From: an uncultured Gemmatimonadales bacterium
Lineage (GTDB): Bacteria > Gemmatimonadota > Gemmatimonadetes > Gemmatimonadales > Gemmatimonadaceae
NCBI GenBank assembly: GCA_963850905.1
Contig: CAWKMU010000004.1
Location: forward strand, 384,001 to 448,000
Reading direction: 5' to 3'
Length of the DNA: 64,000 nt
Below, in pieces: positions 20,215 to 30,178 of the stretch (its first letter is position 1; each line of letters starts with the position of its first letter). The notes under the pieces are model-generated. The model was not told the DNA's origin. It saw only the letters and a list, made by a program, of their open reading frames with translations, and did no database searches. The translations under genes were made by a program, and so were the position numbers.

Positions 20215-20733
20215 ATGATTCGCCAATTCCTCCGCGCGCTCCTCACGGCACACCTCGCGGCCCTCGGCGCGTGCGCACGGAATGAGTCATCTGCGGCCGC
20301 GTACACGCCGCGCATTCGAGAGATCACGGTGACGACCGTGCCGCTCCTCGTACAGGAGCAGCAGAAGGTCTTTCCCTTTCTCAAACCGGCTTTCGCCCAG
20401 GGCGGCGTGCTCAATGGGAAGGAGGTTTACGCGTTTTCGCCCAGTACCGTGGTGGTAGTCCAGGGGGACACCATTCACTTCACGTTCATCAATCCCGAGG
20501 ACGACGTGCACTCGTTTGTCCTCCCCGACTTTGCGGTCTCCCTCCCCGCGGCGCAGACCACCCGCGCGACATATGTCGCCGCGCGCGCTGGTATCTTCCC
20601 ATTTGTATGCGCGATTCCCAGTCACCTGCCGATGATGTCCGGCCAGCTCATCGTGCTCACACCAGCAGCGGTCGCGGGGGCTGCAGCGATCACGTCGCCC
20701 AGCGGCGTGGCGGCTGGCGCGGGGACGCAATGA
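20215..20733 (+). CDS. Cupredoxin-domain lipoprotein
   Basis: Lipobox LGAC; type-1 Cu ligands H (DVHSF) and C-x4-H-x2-MM (CAIPSHLPMM). Confidence 0.85.
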   Translation: MIRQFLRALLTAHLAALGACARNESSAAAYTPRIREITVTTVPLLVQEQQKVFPFLKPAFAQGGVLNGKEVYAFSPSTVVVVQGDTIHFTFINPEDDVHSFVLPDFAVSLPAAQTTRATYVAARAGIFPFVCAIPSHLPMMSGQLIVLTPAAVAGAAAITSPSGVAAGAGTQ

Positions 20734-20806
20734 ACAGTACGGCCGCACCGGCGACACCGCTGGATGGATGCGCCATGGGTGCCTGCGCGGACCTGCGGAT
20801 CGGCGG

Positions 20807-20830
20807 GTAGGGGCGACGCATGCGTCGCCC
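20807..20830 (+). repeat. GTAG-REP
   Basis: GTAGGGGCGACGCATGCGTCGCCC. Confidence 0.85.
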
Positions 20831-20888
20831 ATCAATGCCGCACCCTCCACGTGGCGTGTTGCGAAGGGTTCCTCTCATCCCATAGGAG

Positions 20889-21434
20889 ATGCGCATGGTC
20901 CGGCCCAGCGCGTGGCGCGAGCGAACGTGGGTGTTCGGAACGCTGCCGGTCGGCGCGTTTCCCGCCGTCCTGGAGCGGCTGCGCGGTACGGCGGCGCGTG
21001 CAGCCGAGCTGATCGCCGGTGCGAGCGACGCACAGCTGCGCGCCAGACCAGAGGCAGGCTGGTCGGCAAAGCAACACATCGGACATCTCGATGACTTGCA
21101 CGAGCTTGATGCGCGCCGGCTCGAAGAGTTCATCGCGGGGATCGATGTGCTGACCGCCGCCGACATGACCAATCGTCGCACGCACGAGGCTCGCCACGAT
21201 GACCTGCCTGCAGACGCGATCCTCGCGCGCTTTCGCGCGAACCGGGCAGCACTGGTCGACCGAATGGATCAGCTCACGGACGCGCAAGTCGCAGCCACCG
21301 CAATGCACCCGCGCTTGCGACAACCGATGCGGCTCATCGACTGGGCGTACTTTGTAGCCGAACACGACGATCACCACCTGGCGGCCGCACGGCGGGCGCT
21401 GGGCGCAGCGCCCGCTACCACGGCGTGGGGCTGA
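20889..21434 (+). CDS. DinB family protein
   Basis: WSAKQHIGHL...AEHDDHH. Confidence 0.88.
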   Translation: MRMVRPSAWRERTWVFGTLPVGAFPAVLERLRGTAARAAELIAGASDAQLRARPEAGWSAKQHIGHLDDLHELDARRLEEFIAGIDVLTAADMTNRRTHEARHDDLPADAILARFRANRAALVDRMDQLTDAQVAATAMHPRLRQPMRLIDWAYFVAEHDDHHLAAARRALGAAPATTAWG

Positions 21435-22677
21435 ACTTCTCCTGCATGAGAGATTTGAGCTGGTCGTGTGGCAACGCCTGCACAATGTGTCCGCCGCGTC
21501 CTGTCATCGTCTCCGCCCCGATCATGGCGTTCACGATCGCCTCTTCCGTCGCCTGGATCGTCGCGAGAAAGAGTGGATCCATGGCGTCGTTGTGGAGCAT
21601 CTCGATGTGTGCCACTTGAGAGGTGACCTCACGCGACGCGCCTGCGGCGGGCCGGATGCCGATGTCGTCGGCCAGCGGATTCGCAGTCGAGAAGGAGATG
21701 AAGATGTCGCCCGACCCGTCGCCCGATGTCCCGCCGACGCGACCGAGACCAAGGGTGGCGCGCTTGCAGAGGCGGTCCAGCTGCCGCGACGTGAGCGGCG
21801 CGTTGGTGGCGACCACAATGATGATCGACCCGACATCGCGGTCCGGGTCTGTGGGGAAGCCCTCACCCGTTGGACCGGATGCGACGGTCACGAGCGATCC
21901 CACCGGCACGCCCGCGATCCGTAGCTGGCTGCGCGAGCCGGTGTTGCATTGCACCAGGACTCCGACGATATAGCCACCCTGCGCAGTGCTGAGTACACGG
22001 GACGCGGTGCCCGTGCCTCCTTTGAATCCAAAGCACCGCATCCCCGTGCCGCCGCCGACGTTCCCTTCCGCCACGGGCCCCGAGGCAGCGACATCGAGGG
22101 CGTGAAATGTGTCCTCGGGGTGCACGTGGAACCCGTTGACGTCGTTCAACCCTCCGTCGTAGGTCTCGGCCACGACCGGCAGTGACCACGGGTACTCCGC
22201 CACGCCAGCGGGCTCCTGCTCGGCCTGGTGCTTCACCTCCCACGCGATGACGGCGTCGCGCACCACACCGACACTGTGGGTGTTGGTGATCATCACCGGC
22301 CCTTCCAGAAACCCGCCCTCCTGCACCCACTCGCTCCCCGTCATCTCGCCGTTGCCGTTCTGCGAGAAGAATCCCGCGAACACCGGGTCCTTGGAGTGCT
22401 TGCCGCGCGGCAAGATTGCGGTCACGCCGGTTCGTACCGGCCCCTGGCCAACCACGAACGGTGCATGAGGATCACCAGAGATGAGCGTCGTGAATCCGAC
22501 CTCGACCCCGGGCACGTCGGTGATCGCGTTGTCGGTCCCAGGCGTCCCCTCGAACGGCACCCCCAGGTCGCGCGCTCGGACCTTGGCGTTGTCCTTTCCG
22601 CCGGGAGACTGGGCGTTGGCCGGCGCACCCACGAACGCACCCATGACCGCGATCGCGAGCACGAGGAGGGGGATCAT
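21415..22677 (-). CDS. P1/S58 family peptidase (DmpA-like), secreted
   Basis: NAITDVPGVEVG, NGNGEMTG, EGNVGGGTGM, GSIIIVVAT autoprocessing site, SGDIFISFS. Confidence 0.93.
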   Translation of the reverse strand: MIPLLVLAIAVMGAFVGAPANAQSPGGKDNAKVRARDLGVPFEGTPGTDNAITDVPGVEVGFTTLISGDPHAPFVVGQGPVRTGVTAILPRGKHSKDPVFAGFFSQNGNGEMTGSEWVQEGGFLEGPVMITNTHSVGVVRDAVIAWEVKHQAEQEPAGVAEYPWSLPVVAETYDGGLNDVNGFHVHPEDTFHALDVAASGPVAEGNVGGGTGMRCFGFKGGTGTASRVLSTAQGGYIVGVLVQCNTGSRSQLRIAGVPVGSLVTVASGPTGEGFPTDPDRDVGSIIIVVATNAPLTSRQLDRLCKRATLGLGRVGGTSGDGSGDIFISFSTANPLADDIGIRPAAGASREVTSQVAHIEMLHNDAMDPLFLATIQATEEAIVNAMIGAETMTGRGGHIVQALPHDQLKSLMQEKFSPTPW

Positions 22678-22687
22678 CGCTGCTCCG

Positions 22688-23218
22688 TTATCGTTTGGCG
22701 TAGATGTGCGTCGTCCCGTCCGTGGTGAATGCGAGGACGTCGTAGTGCTCCGATCCCATCCCTTCCATCCCCGGAGCACCCATCGGCATCCCCGGGACCG
22801 CGAGCCCTGCGATCTTCGGGTGTTCGGTCAGCAGCTGCACCACGAGCGCCGGTGGGACATGGCCCTCGACGACATAGCCGCCGATGATCGCCGTATGGCA
22901 TGCCTCGAGCGCTCCCGTAATGCCGTGCGCCTTGTTGAACGCGTCGCGTTCCGCGGCCGACGGGACATCGTGCACTTCGATGCCAAAACCGGCCGCGCGC
23001 ATCTGATCCACCCACGCACGGCAGCACCCACAGTTCGGATCCTTGTAGACCACCGCGACCGGCAACGCCCTTCGACCCGGCGTGCTCGCAGTCTGGGTCG
23101 GCGCGCGCCACCCGGCGCTCACCACTCCGATGCCGGCGGCCGCAGCGATGACAGCGGCGCTCACCACGAGCGTACGCCCGCGTTTAAGCGCCGCCACGAC
23201 GGTACCCGTCATAGCCAT
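22688..23218 (-). CDS. DUF411 family (CopG-like) metal-binding protein
   Basis: CGCC, CHTA, EGHVP, GLAVPGMPMGAPGME. Confidence 0.9.
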   Translation of the reverse strand: MAMTGTVVAALKRGRTLVVSAAVIAAAAGIGVVSAGWRAPTQTASTPGRRALPVAVVYKDPNCGCCRAWVDQMRAAGFGIEVHDVPSAAERDAFNKAHGITGALEACHTAIIGGYVVEGHVPPALVVQLLTEHPKIAGLAVPGMPMGAPGMEGMGSEHYDVLAFTTDGTTHIYAKR

Positions 23219-23296
23219 CCTCACCTCAATGCTGTGCCCAAAGCGGTCCGGGTAGGTCCGGCCCGCCTGACGCATCCAAGATAGCGATGGCTGTGG

Positions 23297-23401
23297 TCTA
23301 CTTTCTACTTTCTGCGTCTCTACTTTCTAGGGCGCGTCAGCGCCCTCGTCGTCTACTTTCTGCTTTCTGCGTCGCTCCGTTCTAGGGCGTGTCGGCGCCC
23401 T
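23297..23401 (+). repeat. Two units of (CTACTTT)n plus an AGGGCG..CGCCCT hairpin
   Basis: Direct reading; the second hairpin overlaps the stop of the upstream - strand gene. Confidence 0.7.
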
Positions 23402-24602
23402 CTCCTGGTGCGCCGTGTTCGAAGCGGTAGGAGAGGAACTGCTGCGTCTCGACGTCGCGGACATCGCCACCAGAGTGGACCCACTGATCGGACTCGACCC
23501 GATCGAAGACCTGGACGTTGGGCGCGATTTCACGGAACGTCGTGGTGACGGTCAGCTGGAGGATCTGTGGGACGGCGAGATCTCCGTGCGTGAGGTGGAA
23601 CACCGCTCGCCGGATGAAGCCACCGACCGCATCCAGGTAGATCGAGCCGTCGAAATCGGGCTGTGAGAGTTTGCTCTGTGGACGGAAGTCGACGCGGATC
23701 GTGGTGTCGCCCGCGACGACCTCGGCGCCGCCATAGTCGTAGCAGTGCGTGGCCATGAAGGCCGAGTCGCCGAGGTCTTGGACGGAGGGAATGTAGACCT
23801 CCTCACCGAAGCCACCGGGCCTGGCAAAGAACGTGAAAAGGTGGCCTGGCACGTACGTCCGCCACCGACGACTGTCGACTGCGATCGTGTCGACGTCGCG
23901 CACGCGGTGCTGCTCGCCACTCACCTCGACGCGCTTTCGTTCCACCTCGTAGCGGAAGGGATAGACCCGTCGGAGCAGGCGGAAACGATCCACGTTCATC
24001 ATGAGCGCGCGAAAGACGTTCACGAGATCGGGGCTCGCCGTGGAATCGGGCAAGCCGGTACGCACGCATGCATCCGCCCTCGTCCCGGCCACCACGACGC
24101 GCGGTAACACGTGCGGTACTTGCACGAGCCCCAGGCGCAGGGTCGTAACCCCGGACTCGATGGCGATCAAAGTGTCGATCGGGGCATACCCTATTTCTCG
24201 AGCGCGAACCACGTAGATGCCAGGCACGAGGCCGGAGATCCGAAACGCGCCGGTGCTGTCGGCAAATCGCTCGCTCAGGTCTACCGCGCCTCCGACACTC
24301 CGCGGCTCAGCGATCACGACGGAGGCGTACGGCAAACCGTGCTGATCGGAGGAGTTCGCCACCGTTCCGCTGATCGTTGCGGTCGGTTCTTTGGCCAGCG
24401 TCGCGAGCACAGCCGCTGGTGCATCGATTTGGGCCGATACGCCTGGCGCCGCCCCGCACATACCGACCGCGAGTGCCCATCGGCACACGACCCAGCCCGC
24501 ATTGCGGCGCGTGTGAACAGGTTGGCTAGACGCGCGTCGCGTTGTCACAAACGATCGCTCAGGGCATAGTCTGGACCCGGCGCGCGAAAGCGCGGCGAGC
24601 AA
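23382..24602 (-). CDS. Secreted protein with carboxypeptidase-regulatory-like domain (start uncertain)
   Basis: ISGTV...DSTGAFRISGLVPGIYVVRAREIGYAP. Confidence 0.7.
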   Translation of the reverse strand: MLAALSRAGSRLCPERSFVTTRRASSQPVHTRRNAGWVVCRWALAVGMCGAAPGVSAQIDAPAAVLATLAKEPTATISGTVANSSDQHGLPYASVVIAEPRSVGGAVDLSERFADSTGAFRISGLVPGIYVVRAREIGYAPIDTLIAIESGVTTLRLGLVQVPHVLPRVVVAGTRADACVRTGLPDSTASPDLVNVFRALMMNVDRFRLLRRVYPFRYEVERKRVEVSGEQHRVRDVDTIAVDSRRWRTYVPGHLFTFFARPGGFGEEVYIPSVQDLGDSAFMATHCYDYGGAEVVAGDTTIRVDFRPQSKLSQPDFDGSIYLDAVGGFIRRAVFHLTHGDLAVPQILQLTVTTTFREIAPNVQVFDRVESDQWVHSGGDVRDVETQQFLSYRFEHGAPGEGADTP

Positions 24603-24771
24603 CGCCCTTCAGCCGATTTAGACCTTGGTCGACGACAGACTTGGCTCTGGCTGTATTAGAGAGTCTCGCGACAGGCCTGCCGTGTTGTTGCTGTTACCCG
24701 AGACCCCAAACGCCGGACCCCGCCGTGAACGCGCCTGCCCCGCTACTGCGAGCTGGTCGCGTGCTCCGGGG

Positions 24772-26247
24772 CTAGTGCGCGCGCCAGATATCGAGCACGC
24801 CGCTCGTCGCGTGGTCGTTGGCGCTGCCTTCCGGTAGCGCGATCCTGCCATCGGCGATGATGGGGCTGTTCCAGTGTCCGCTGCCGCACGGGAGTGTCGC
24901 GATGACCGTTCCGGTAGCCGGCTGATAGACGCGGAGACCAGCGCCGGTTGGGTCATAGATGAAGACGAGACCACCGGCGATGACAGGACTCGTGCCGGCG
25001 TTGGCGTTGCTCCACGCGTTGGTGAGGTGACCGTTGCTCACCGTCCACGCCGACGTGCCAGTGTTGTCTGCGGCAAATAATTCCGTGCCGCCCGAAGCGT
25101 GATACACCGCGAAAGCGGCGAACAATTCATCGTTGGCTGGTGAGGCCACGGCCTGAGCCTCACCGCCCATATGAGGAGTGGTGCCGGCCATTGCGGTGAC
25201 GCTGACCACCCGGAGCTCGCCGTCCTTGCCGCCCTGCACCACGTAACCTCCGCCCAGCAACGCGGGCGACGTAGAGCCGAGATCGAGATCGTCGTGATCC
25301 AGGGTGAGGGAATTGGTGGGCGTGTAGTTGCCAATGAGTTTCGCCGTGGAGTCGAATTGGAGCACCGCATCGCCCCAGTTGGTGTTGCCATCCCAGTAGC
25401 CGTTGCCGGTAGCAACGAAGATGGTGCCGGTCGTCGAGTCGACGATCGCGCCCGCCCGCCCCCAGATGGCTGCGCCGCTCTGCGCGCACTGAGTCGCCAT
25501 GACGATCGTGGTCTCGCCCGAACAAAGCGCGTGCCAGACGTGGAGCACCTGCCCGCTCGCAGCATCGAGAATGACGAGATGGCCCTGGTATGGCGGCGCG
25601 TCGCCGACATACCCGCCAGTGACCGCAAGGATGTGGCCCGCGAAGTAGTTCAAGGACGACGCGATCTTCTCGCTCTGCGCCGACACGATGACTCCCGACG
25701 TCCACTCGGCCTGGCCACTCGAGATGGCGAGCTTCTGGATGTTGCCGTCCGGCGACGCTGTATAGATGTACAGACGGTTGGGGTCGGCGACCGGAGTCGC
25801 CGTGGTGACCTGCGCGGATCCCACCCACGACGCGTACGCCGCAGGCGTATACGTCCACAGGATCGCGCCTGTGTTGGCATTGATCGCGATGGTCTTCCCG
25901 TAGGTCGTCGTCACGAAGAACGCATCGTGCGAGGCCCCGTTGATCCGCACGTCACTCAAGTAGATCGCCGACGCGTCCACGGTGCCATCGAGCGTCACTT
26001 GCTGAAGCGTCATCGACCCGACGTTGTTCGCCGTGACCCCCGTCGGCGCGGTGGATACGCCGGACCGGCCGACGTCGTAGGCGAAGCGGGTCCAGTCGTG
26101 GCCGGGGGCCACGGTATCCACGGTGTCGGGCGGTCCGACAGGTGGACCGCTCGACGCATCGGTTGATGGCGAACGCCCACACACCGCGAGCGTCACCGCA
26201 ACGACCAGCGTTGCCGCAACGCCTCCTACTCGCGCAATGGACGCCAC
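24772..26247 (-). CDS. PQQ-like beta-propeller repeat protein, exported
   Basis: AAGGAG RBS then GTG at 26247; AINANTGAILW, IFVATGNG, DLDLGS, NSPIIADG. Confidence 0.8.
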   Translation of the reverse strand: MASIARVGGVAATLVVAVTLAVCGRSPSTDASSGPPVGPPDTVDTVAPGHDWTRFAYDVGRSGVSTAPTGVTANNVGSMTLQQVTLDGTVDASAIYLSDVRINGASHDAFFVTTTYGKTIAINANTGAILWTYTPAAYASWVGSAQVTTATPVADPNRLYIYTASPDGNIQKLAISSGQAEWTSGVIVSAQSEKIASSLNYFAGHILAVTGGYVGDAPPYQGHLVILDAASGQVLHVWHALCSGETTIVMATQCAQSGAAIWGRAGAIVDSTTGTIFVATGNGYWDGNTNWGDAVLQFDSTAKLIGNYTPTNSLTLDHDDLDLGSTSPALLGGGYVVQGGKDGELRVVSVTAMAGTTPHMGGEAQAVASPANDELFAAFAVYHASGGTELFAADNTGTSAWTVSNGHLTNAWSNANAGTSPVIAGGLVFIYDPTGAGLRVYQPATGTVIATLPCGSGHWNSPIIADGRIALPEGSANDHATSGVLDIWRAH

Positions 26248-26463
26248 CCCGCTCTCCTTGGCAGCACACTGGGATCGACCCGCCAGCATGTTCACGTTAA
26301 CCCGCCCCTCTCGCCCGGGCAATGCCCCCAAAGTGGTACGACGTGGTATCGCCTGCGCAACGTGCCTTGACGAAAGTGCCCCCGCCCGTCTAGGTTCCCG
26401 CGCGAACCAATCCCGAGTCTTTTCCTCCCCTTTGCCGCCAACCCTCAAACCAGCCGATCGACA

Positions 26464-28950
26464 GTGCCGCGATCTGAGCGCATACCGGCCACGCGTGGCC
26501 GCTGCCTTCTCGACAGTGGAGCTCGCCGGACCAGAGCACGCTTTCGCCGACAAACGGCCAGGCCATCACGGTTCGCCCGGTGCGCCGTCTGCCCGCTGGT
26601 GGCGCTGTGCAGCGCTTTCGCGGCAACCAGACTCGCCGCCCAGCAGGCGGAAGGGACCGATAGCGCCCTGGTGAGCGGGGTGGTCCGCACGGCGAGCGGC
26701 GGGCCGGCGCGCGGACTGTCGGTCGAGTTGGTCGGGACGTCGTACGCCACGACGACAACCGACAGCGGTGCGTTTCGCCTCACGCGCGTGAAGCCTGGGA
26801 CCTATGTGCTCGTCGCCCATGGAGCTGGCTGGGCTACGGCTCGGTCTCGGGTTACGGCGACGGCAGGCCGGGAGACTCGACTCACCCTCGTGGTCGCTGC
26901 TGCCACCCCGGGCGCTGCGATCGCGCTACCCGCCGTGACCGTCGCTGGTCAGACCACCGGCCGGACCGGCGCGGGCCCCACCGTCTCCGCGGCCGGCTCC
27001 AACGATTACGGGATGAGCGCGCAGGCAATCCAGAATCTGCCGGAGGGAGACGCAACGACCGTCACCGATGTGCTCGCGCAGATGCCGGGCGTCGCGATCG
27101 ACCAGAATCAACAGATCCACCTGCGCAACACCGAGGGCCCACAATTCCAATACCGCATTGACGGGGCCCTCGTGCCACTCGACATCAACACGAACCCGCC
27201 GTTCGTCTCGATGCTCAATCCGATGTTCGTATCGCGGCTGGACCTGCTCGACGGCGTGTTGCCGTCGCAGTTCAGCTACGCGACCGGCGGGGTGGTCGAC
27301 ATTGCCGCCAAGAATGGCTGCGACGCGCCGGGCGGGAGCATGTCCGCACTCTTCGGCCAACGCCGCACGTTCGAACCGAGTGCGCAGTACGCGGGCTGCG
27401 CCGGACGGGTGAGTTACTACGTCTCGGGTCTGTACGGTCAGGGGGAAAACGCGTTCAGCTCCGCGACCCCAGGCCCCAATCCGATCCACGATCAGACCAA
27501 CCAGGGGCAGACGTTTGGGTACGTCTCGGTCCCGCTCAACGCCGCCACAAAACTGAGCGCCATCCTCTCGACTGAGGCGAGCAACAACCAATTGCCCAAC
27601 GTCGGAGGGCTGTCTCCGCAGTTCGCCCTGGCAGGAGGCGGCGACCCGAGCTCAGCATCGATCGACTCGTACCTCAACTTCCGAGATTACCTCGGCATGC
27701 TCACACTGCGCGGTAGCGCTACGAGCCAGCTCGGGTACCAGGTCACCTATGCCTTCCACTCCATCGCGCAGCGCTTCGTGCCCGACCAGACGGGGGAGCT
27801 GATCTACCAGGGAGTCGCATCAACAGCCTCGCACAACGATGTCGACAACACGCTGCAGGGCGATCTGACCTACACCACTGGACGACACGTGGTCACAGGT
27901 GGTGTGTACGCAGGCGAATATCATGTGGCCGCGGACGACCGGTCGCTCGTGTTTCCCGTCGACAGCAATGGTGACCAGGCGAGCTCGAGCCCGCTCACTG
28001 TCGTCAACAACGCGCAAGCGACGAATCTGCTGCTCGGCGTCTACGTAAACGATCTCTGGCATCTCACCGAGAGGCTCACGCTCAACCTCGGCCTCCGTTT
28101 CGACGATATCACCGGCTTCACGAACAGCAGTCAGTTGAATCCGAGGGCAAACCTAGTGTATGCGCTGACCCCGCACACCACGGTGCACGCCGGGGTCGCT
28201 CGCTACCTGCAGGTCCCGAGCTTTCAGGGCATCTCGCCAACAGCGACGGCCGCGTTTGCTGGGACGACCGCGGAAGGGCCACCGGGAATCTCGACGCCAC
28301 TCACCGAAGACGATCTCGAATGGGATGTCGGGATCGTGGCGAGCCTGGGCTCGAGGATAACGGTGTCGCAGGACGACTACTACGAGCTCACGCACCGATA
28401 CCTGGACACCGGTCAGTTCGGCGTGGTCCCCATCTTCGCCCCGTTCAACTACGACCAGGGGACGATCTGGGGCAGCGAGCTCGCGGTGGCGTACAGGGAC
28501 GACAAACTCTCGGCCTACACCAACGTCACCATCGGCAACAACCTGCAGAAGGGCGTCATCACCGGCCAGTTCAATTTCCCGGCCGACGAGCTGGCCTATA
28601 TCGATCACCACTACATCGTGCTCGATCACCAGCCGTTGTACGGCGCCGCCGCCGGTGCCAGCTACACCTGGCAACAGTTCGCGTTCAGCCTGGACGGCGT
28701 GTACAGCAGCGGACTGCGGGGCGGGTTCGCCGACCTCGATCGCCTCCCCACTGTCGTCCAGATCAACGCGAGCGCTCAGCGCAGCTTCCGCGTTCCCGGA
28801 CTCGGCAGCGTGACGAACCGGCTCACAGTCCTCAACCTGCTCGACCGCGTGAATATGATCCGCCCATCCGAGGGCATCGGCATCTTCCAATCCGCATACG
28901 GTCCGCGGTTCACGCTGCTCGATGCGGTGACGGTCCCGCTGGGACGCTGA
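26464..28950 (+). CDS. TonB-dependent receptor with N-terminal carboxypeptidase-like domain (start uncertain)
   Basis: DVLAQMPGV plug, TGGVVDI, LTLNLGLRFD, NLLDR. Confidence 0.88.
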   Translation: MPRSERIPATRGRCLLDSGARRTRARFRRQTARPSRFARCAVCPLVALCSAFAATRLAAQQAEGTDSALVSGVVRTASGGPARGLSVELVGTSYATTTTDSGAFRLTRVKPGTYVLVAHGAGWATARSRVTATAGRETRLTLVVAAATPGAAIALPAVTVAGQTTGRTGAGPTVSAAGSNDYGMSAQAIQNLPEGDATTVTDVLAQMPGVAIDQNQQIHLRNTEGPQFQYRIDGALVPLDINTNPPFVSMLNPMFVSRLDLLDGVLPSQFSYATGGVVDIAAKNGCDAPGGSMSALFGQRRTFEPSAQYAGCAGRVSYYVSGLYGQGENAFSSATPGPNPIHDQTNQGQTFGYVSVPLNAATKLSAILSTEASNNQLPNVGGLSPQFALAGGGDPSSASIDSYLNFRDYLGMLTLRGSATSQLGYQVTYAFHSIAQRFVPDQTGELIYQGVASTASHNDVDNTLQGDLTYTTGRHVVTGGVYAGEYHVAADDRSLVFPVDSNGDQASSSPLTVVNNAQATNLLLGVYVNDLWHLTERLTLNLGLRFDDITGFTNSSQLNPRANLVYALTPHTTVHAGVARYLQVPSFQGISPTATAAFAGTTAEGPPGISTPLTEDDLEWDVGIVASLGSRITVSQDDYYELTHRYLDTGQFGVVPIFAPFNYDQGTIWGSELAVAYRDDKLSAYTNVTIGNNLQKGVITGQFNFPADELAYIDHHYIVLDHQPLYGAAAGASYTWQQFAFSLDGVYSSGLRGGFADLDRLPTVVQINASAQRSFRVPGLGSVTNRLTVLNLLDRVNMIRPSEGIGIFQSAYGPRFTLLDAVTVPLGR

Positions 28951-28974
28951 CTTTGAAGGGCAACCGGTCAGGTC

Positions 28975-29123
28975 GGTCGGGAGTCGGGGATCAGGGAATA
29001 AATCGAACGGCCGGTCACGGTGCGCTGTGGCCGGCCTCGGACCGGTAGGGGCGACGCATTGCGTCGCCCGTTGTTGTCGTTGCGGTTGTCGTTCCCTGAC
29101 TCCTGACCCCTGACCCCGCCGTT
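28975..29123. repeat. Heptamer-armed inverted repeat enclosing a hairpin and a REP (29045)
   Basis: GGTCGGGAGTCGGGGATCAGGGAA pairs with TTCCCTGACTCCTGACCCCTGACC. Confidence 0.8.
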
Positions 29124-29129
29124 GTCCGT

Positions 29130-30095
29130 CTAAGGTATCAACACCGTTTTGCCCAGCGCCGTCGACTCGATCACCCGTCGCTGCGCCTCTGCTGCCGATG
29201 CCAACGGAAGCTCCACGCCGACCACAGGCCGAAGGACGCCGCTCTCGAGCCCCGCGCGAATGTACGCGAAGAGCTCAGCGGCCTGCGGTGGGGTCACATG
29301 CCACAGCATCACCCCCAACACCGCCGCTTCGCGCGCCATGAGATCGCGGGGGGTAATCTGGACATCCCCGCGGCTGCCGATGATGACCACTCGACCCCTG
29401 TACGCAAGCAGTTTCAGGTCATGCCCCAAATTGACGTTGGCGAGCATCTCGAGAATGATGTCGGCACCGTTGCCGTTGGTCGCGTCCAGGACCCGCTGCT
29501 GATATCCCGGGGTGCGATGGTTTACGACAATGTCCGCACCCTCGCGCTGTACGAGGTCGAGGCCCTGCGCACTCCCGGCAGTCCCGATGACCCGCATCCC
29601 GAGAGCGCGTGCCACTTGCACCGCCGCAACGCCGACCCCTCCACTCGCGCCGTGGACCAGTAGGGTCTCGGACGGCCGCGCGTGCGCGATCTGGAACAAG
29701 GCGCGGCACGCCGTCGCATACGGCACGTAGATGCCGGCGCCTTGCGAGAAGGTCACCTTGTCAGGAAGGTGATGGACCTGCTCGCGAGAGGCGAGTGCCA
29801 GTTGCGCGTATGCGCCGGTCGCGGTACCGGAGGTGTACACGCGTGCCCCGACCTCGAGAGCATCGACGCCCGGCCCGAGGGCCTCGACGACGCCCGCGGC
29901 GTCAGAGCCGGGTGTGTACGGCAAGCTGGGATTCTTCGCCCCGTAGTTCCCGGCGCGCATGTACGTGTCATAGGGGTTCACCCCAGCGGCCTTCACACGA
30001 ACGAGCACCTGCCCGGCGCCAGGAGTTGGATCCGGCACGTCCTCGAGTTTGAGGACTTCCGGGCCGCCGTACTGATGGACGCGAATCGCTTTCAT
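29130..30095 (-). CDS. qor: NADPH:quinone oxidoreductase (zeta-crystallin family)
   Basis: GGPEVL, GVNPYD, HGASGGVG. Confidence 0.92.
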   Translation of the reverse strand: MKAIRVHQYGGPEVLKLEDVPDPTPGAGQVLVRVKAAGVNPYDTYMRAGNYGAKNPSLPYTPGSDAAGVVEALGPGVDALEVGARVYTSGTATGAYAQLALASREQVHHLPDKVTFSQGAGIYVPYATACRALFQIAHARPSETLLVHGASGGVGVAAVQVARALGMRVIGTAGSAQGLDLVQREGADIVVNHRTPGYQQRVLDATNGNGADIILEMLANVNLGHDLKLLAYRGRVVIIGSRGDVQITPRDLMAREAAVLGVMLWHVTPPQAAELFAYIRAGLESGVLRPVVGVELPLASAAEAQRRVIESTALGKTVLIP

Positions 30096-30178
30096 GACAT
30101 GCCCCTGTTTATGGTCGCGCGAGCGCTTGTCTACTTTCCACTTTCTGATTTGCTACTCTCTCGGGCGCGAAGCGCCCG

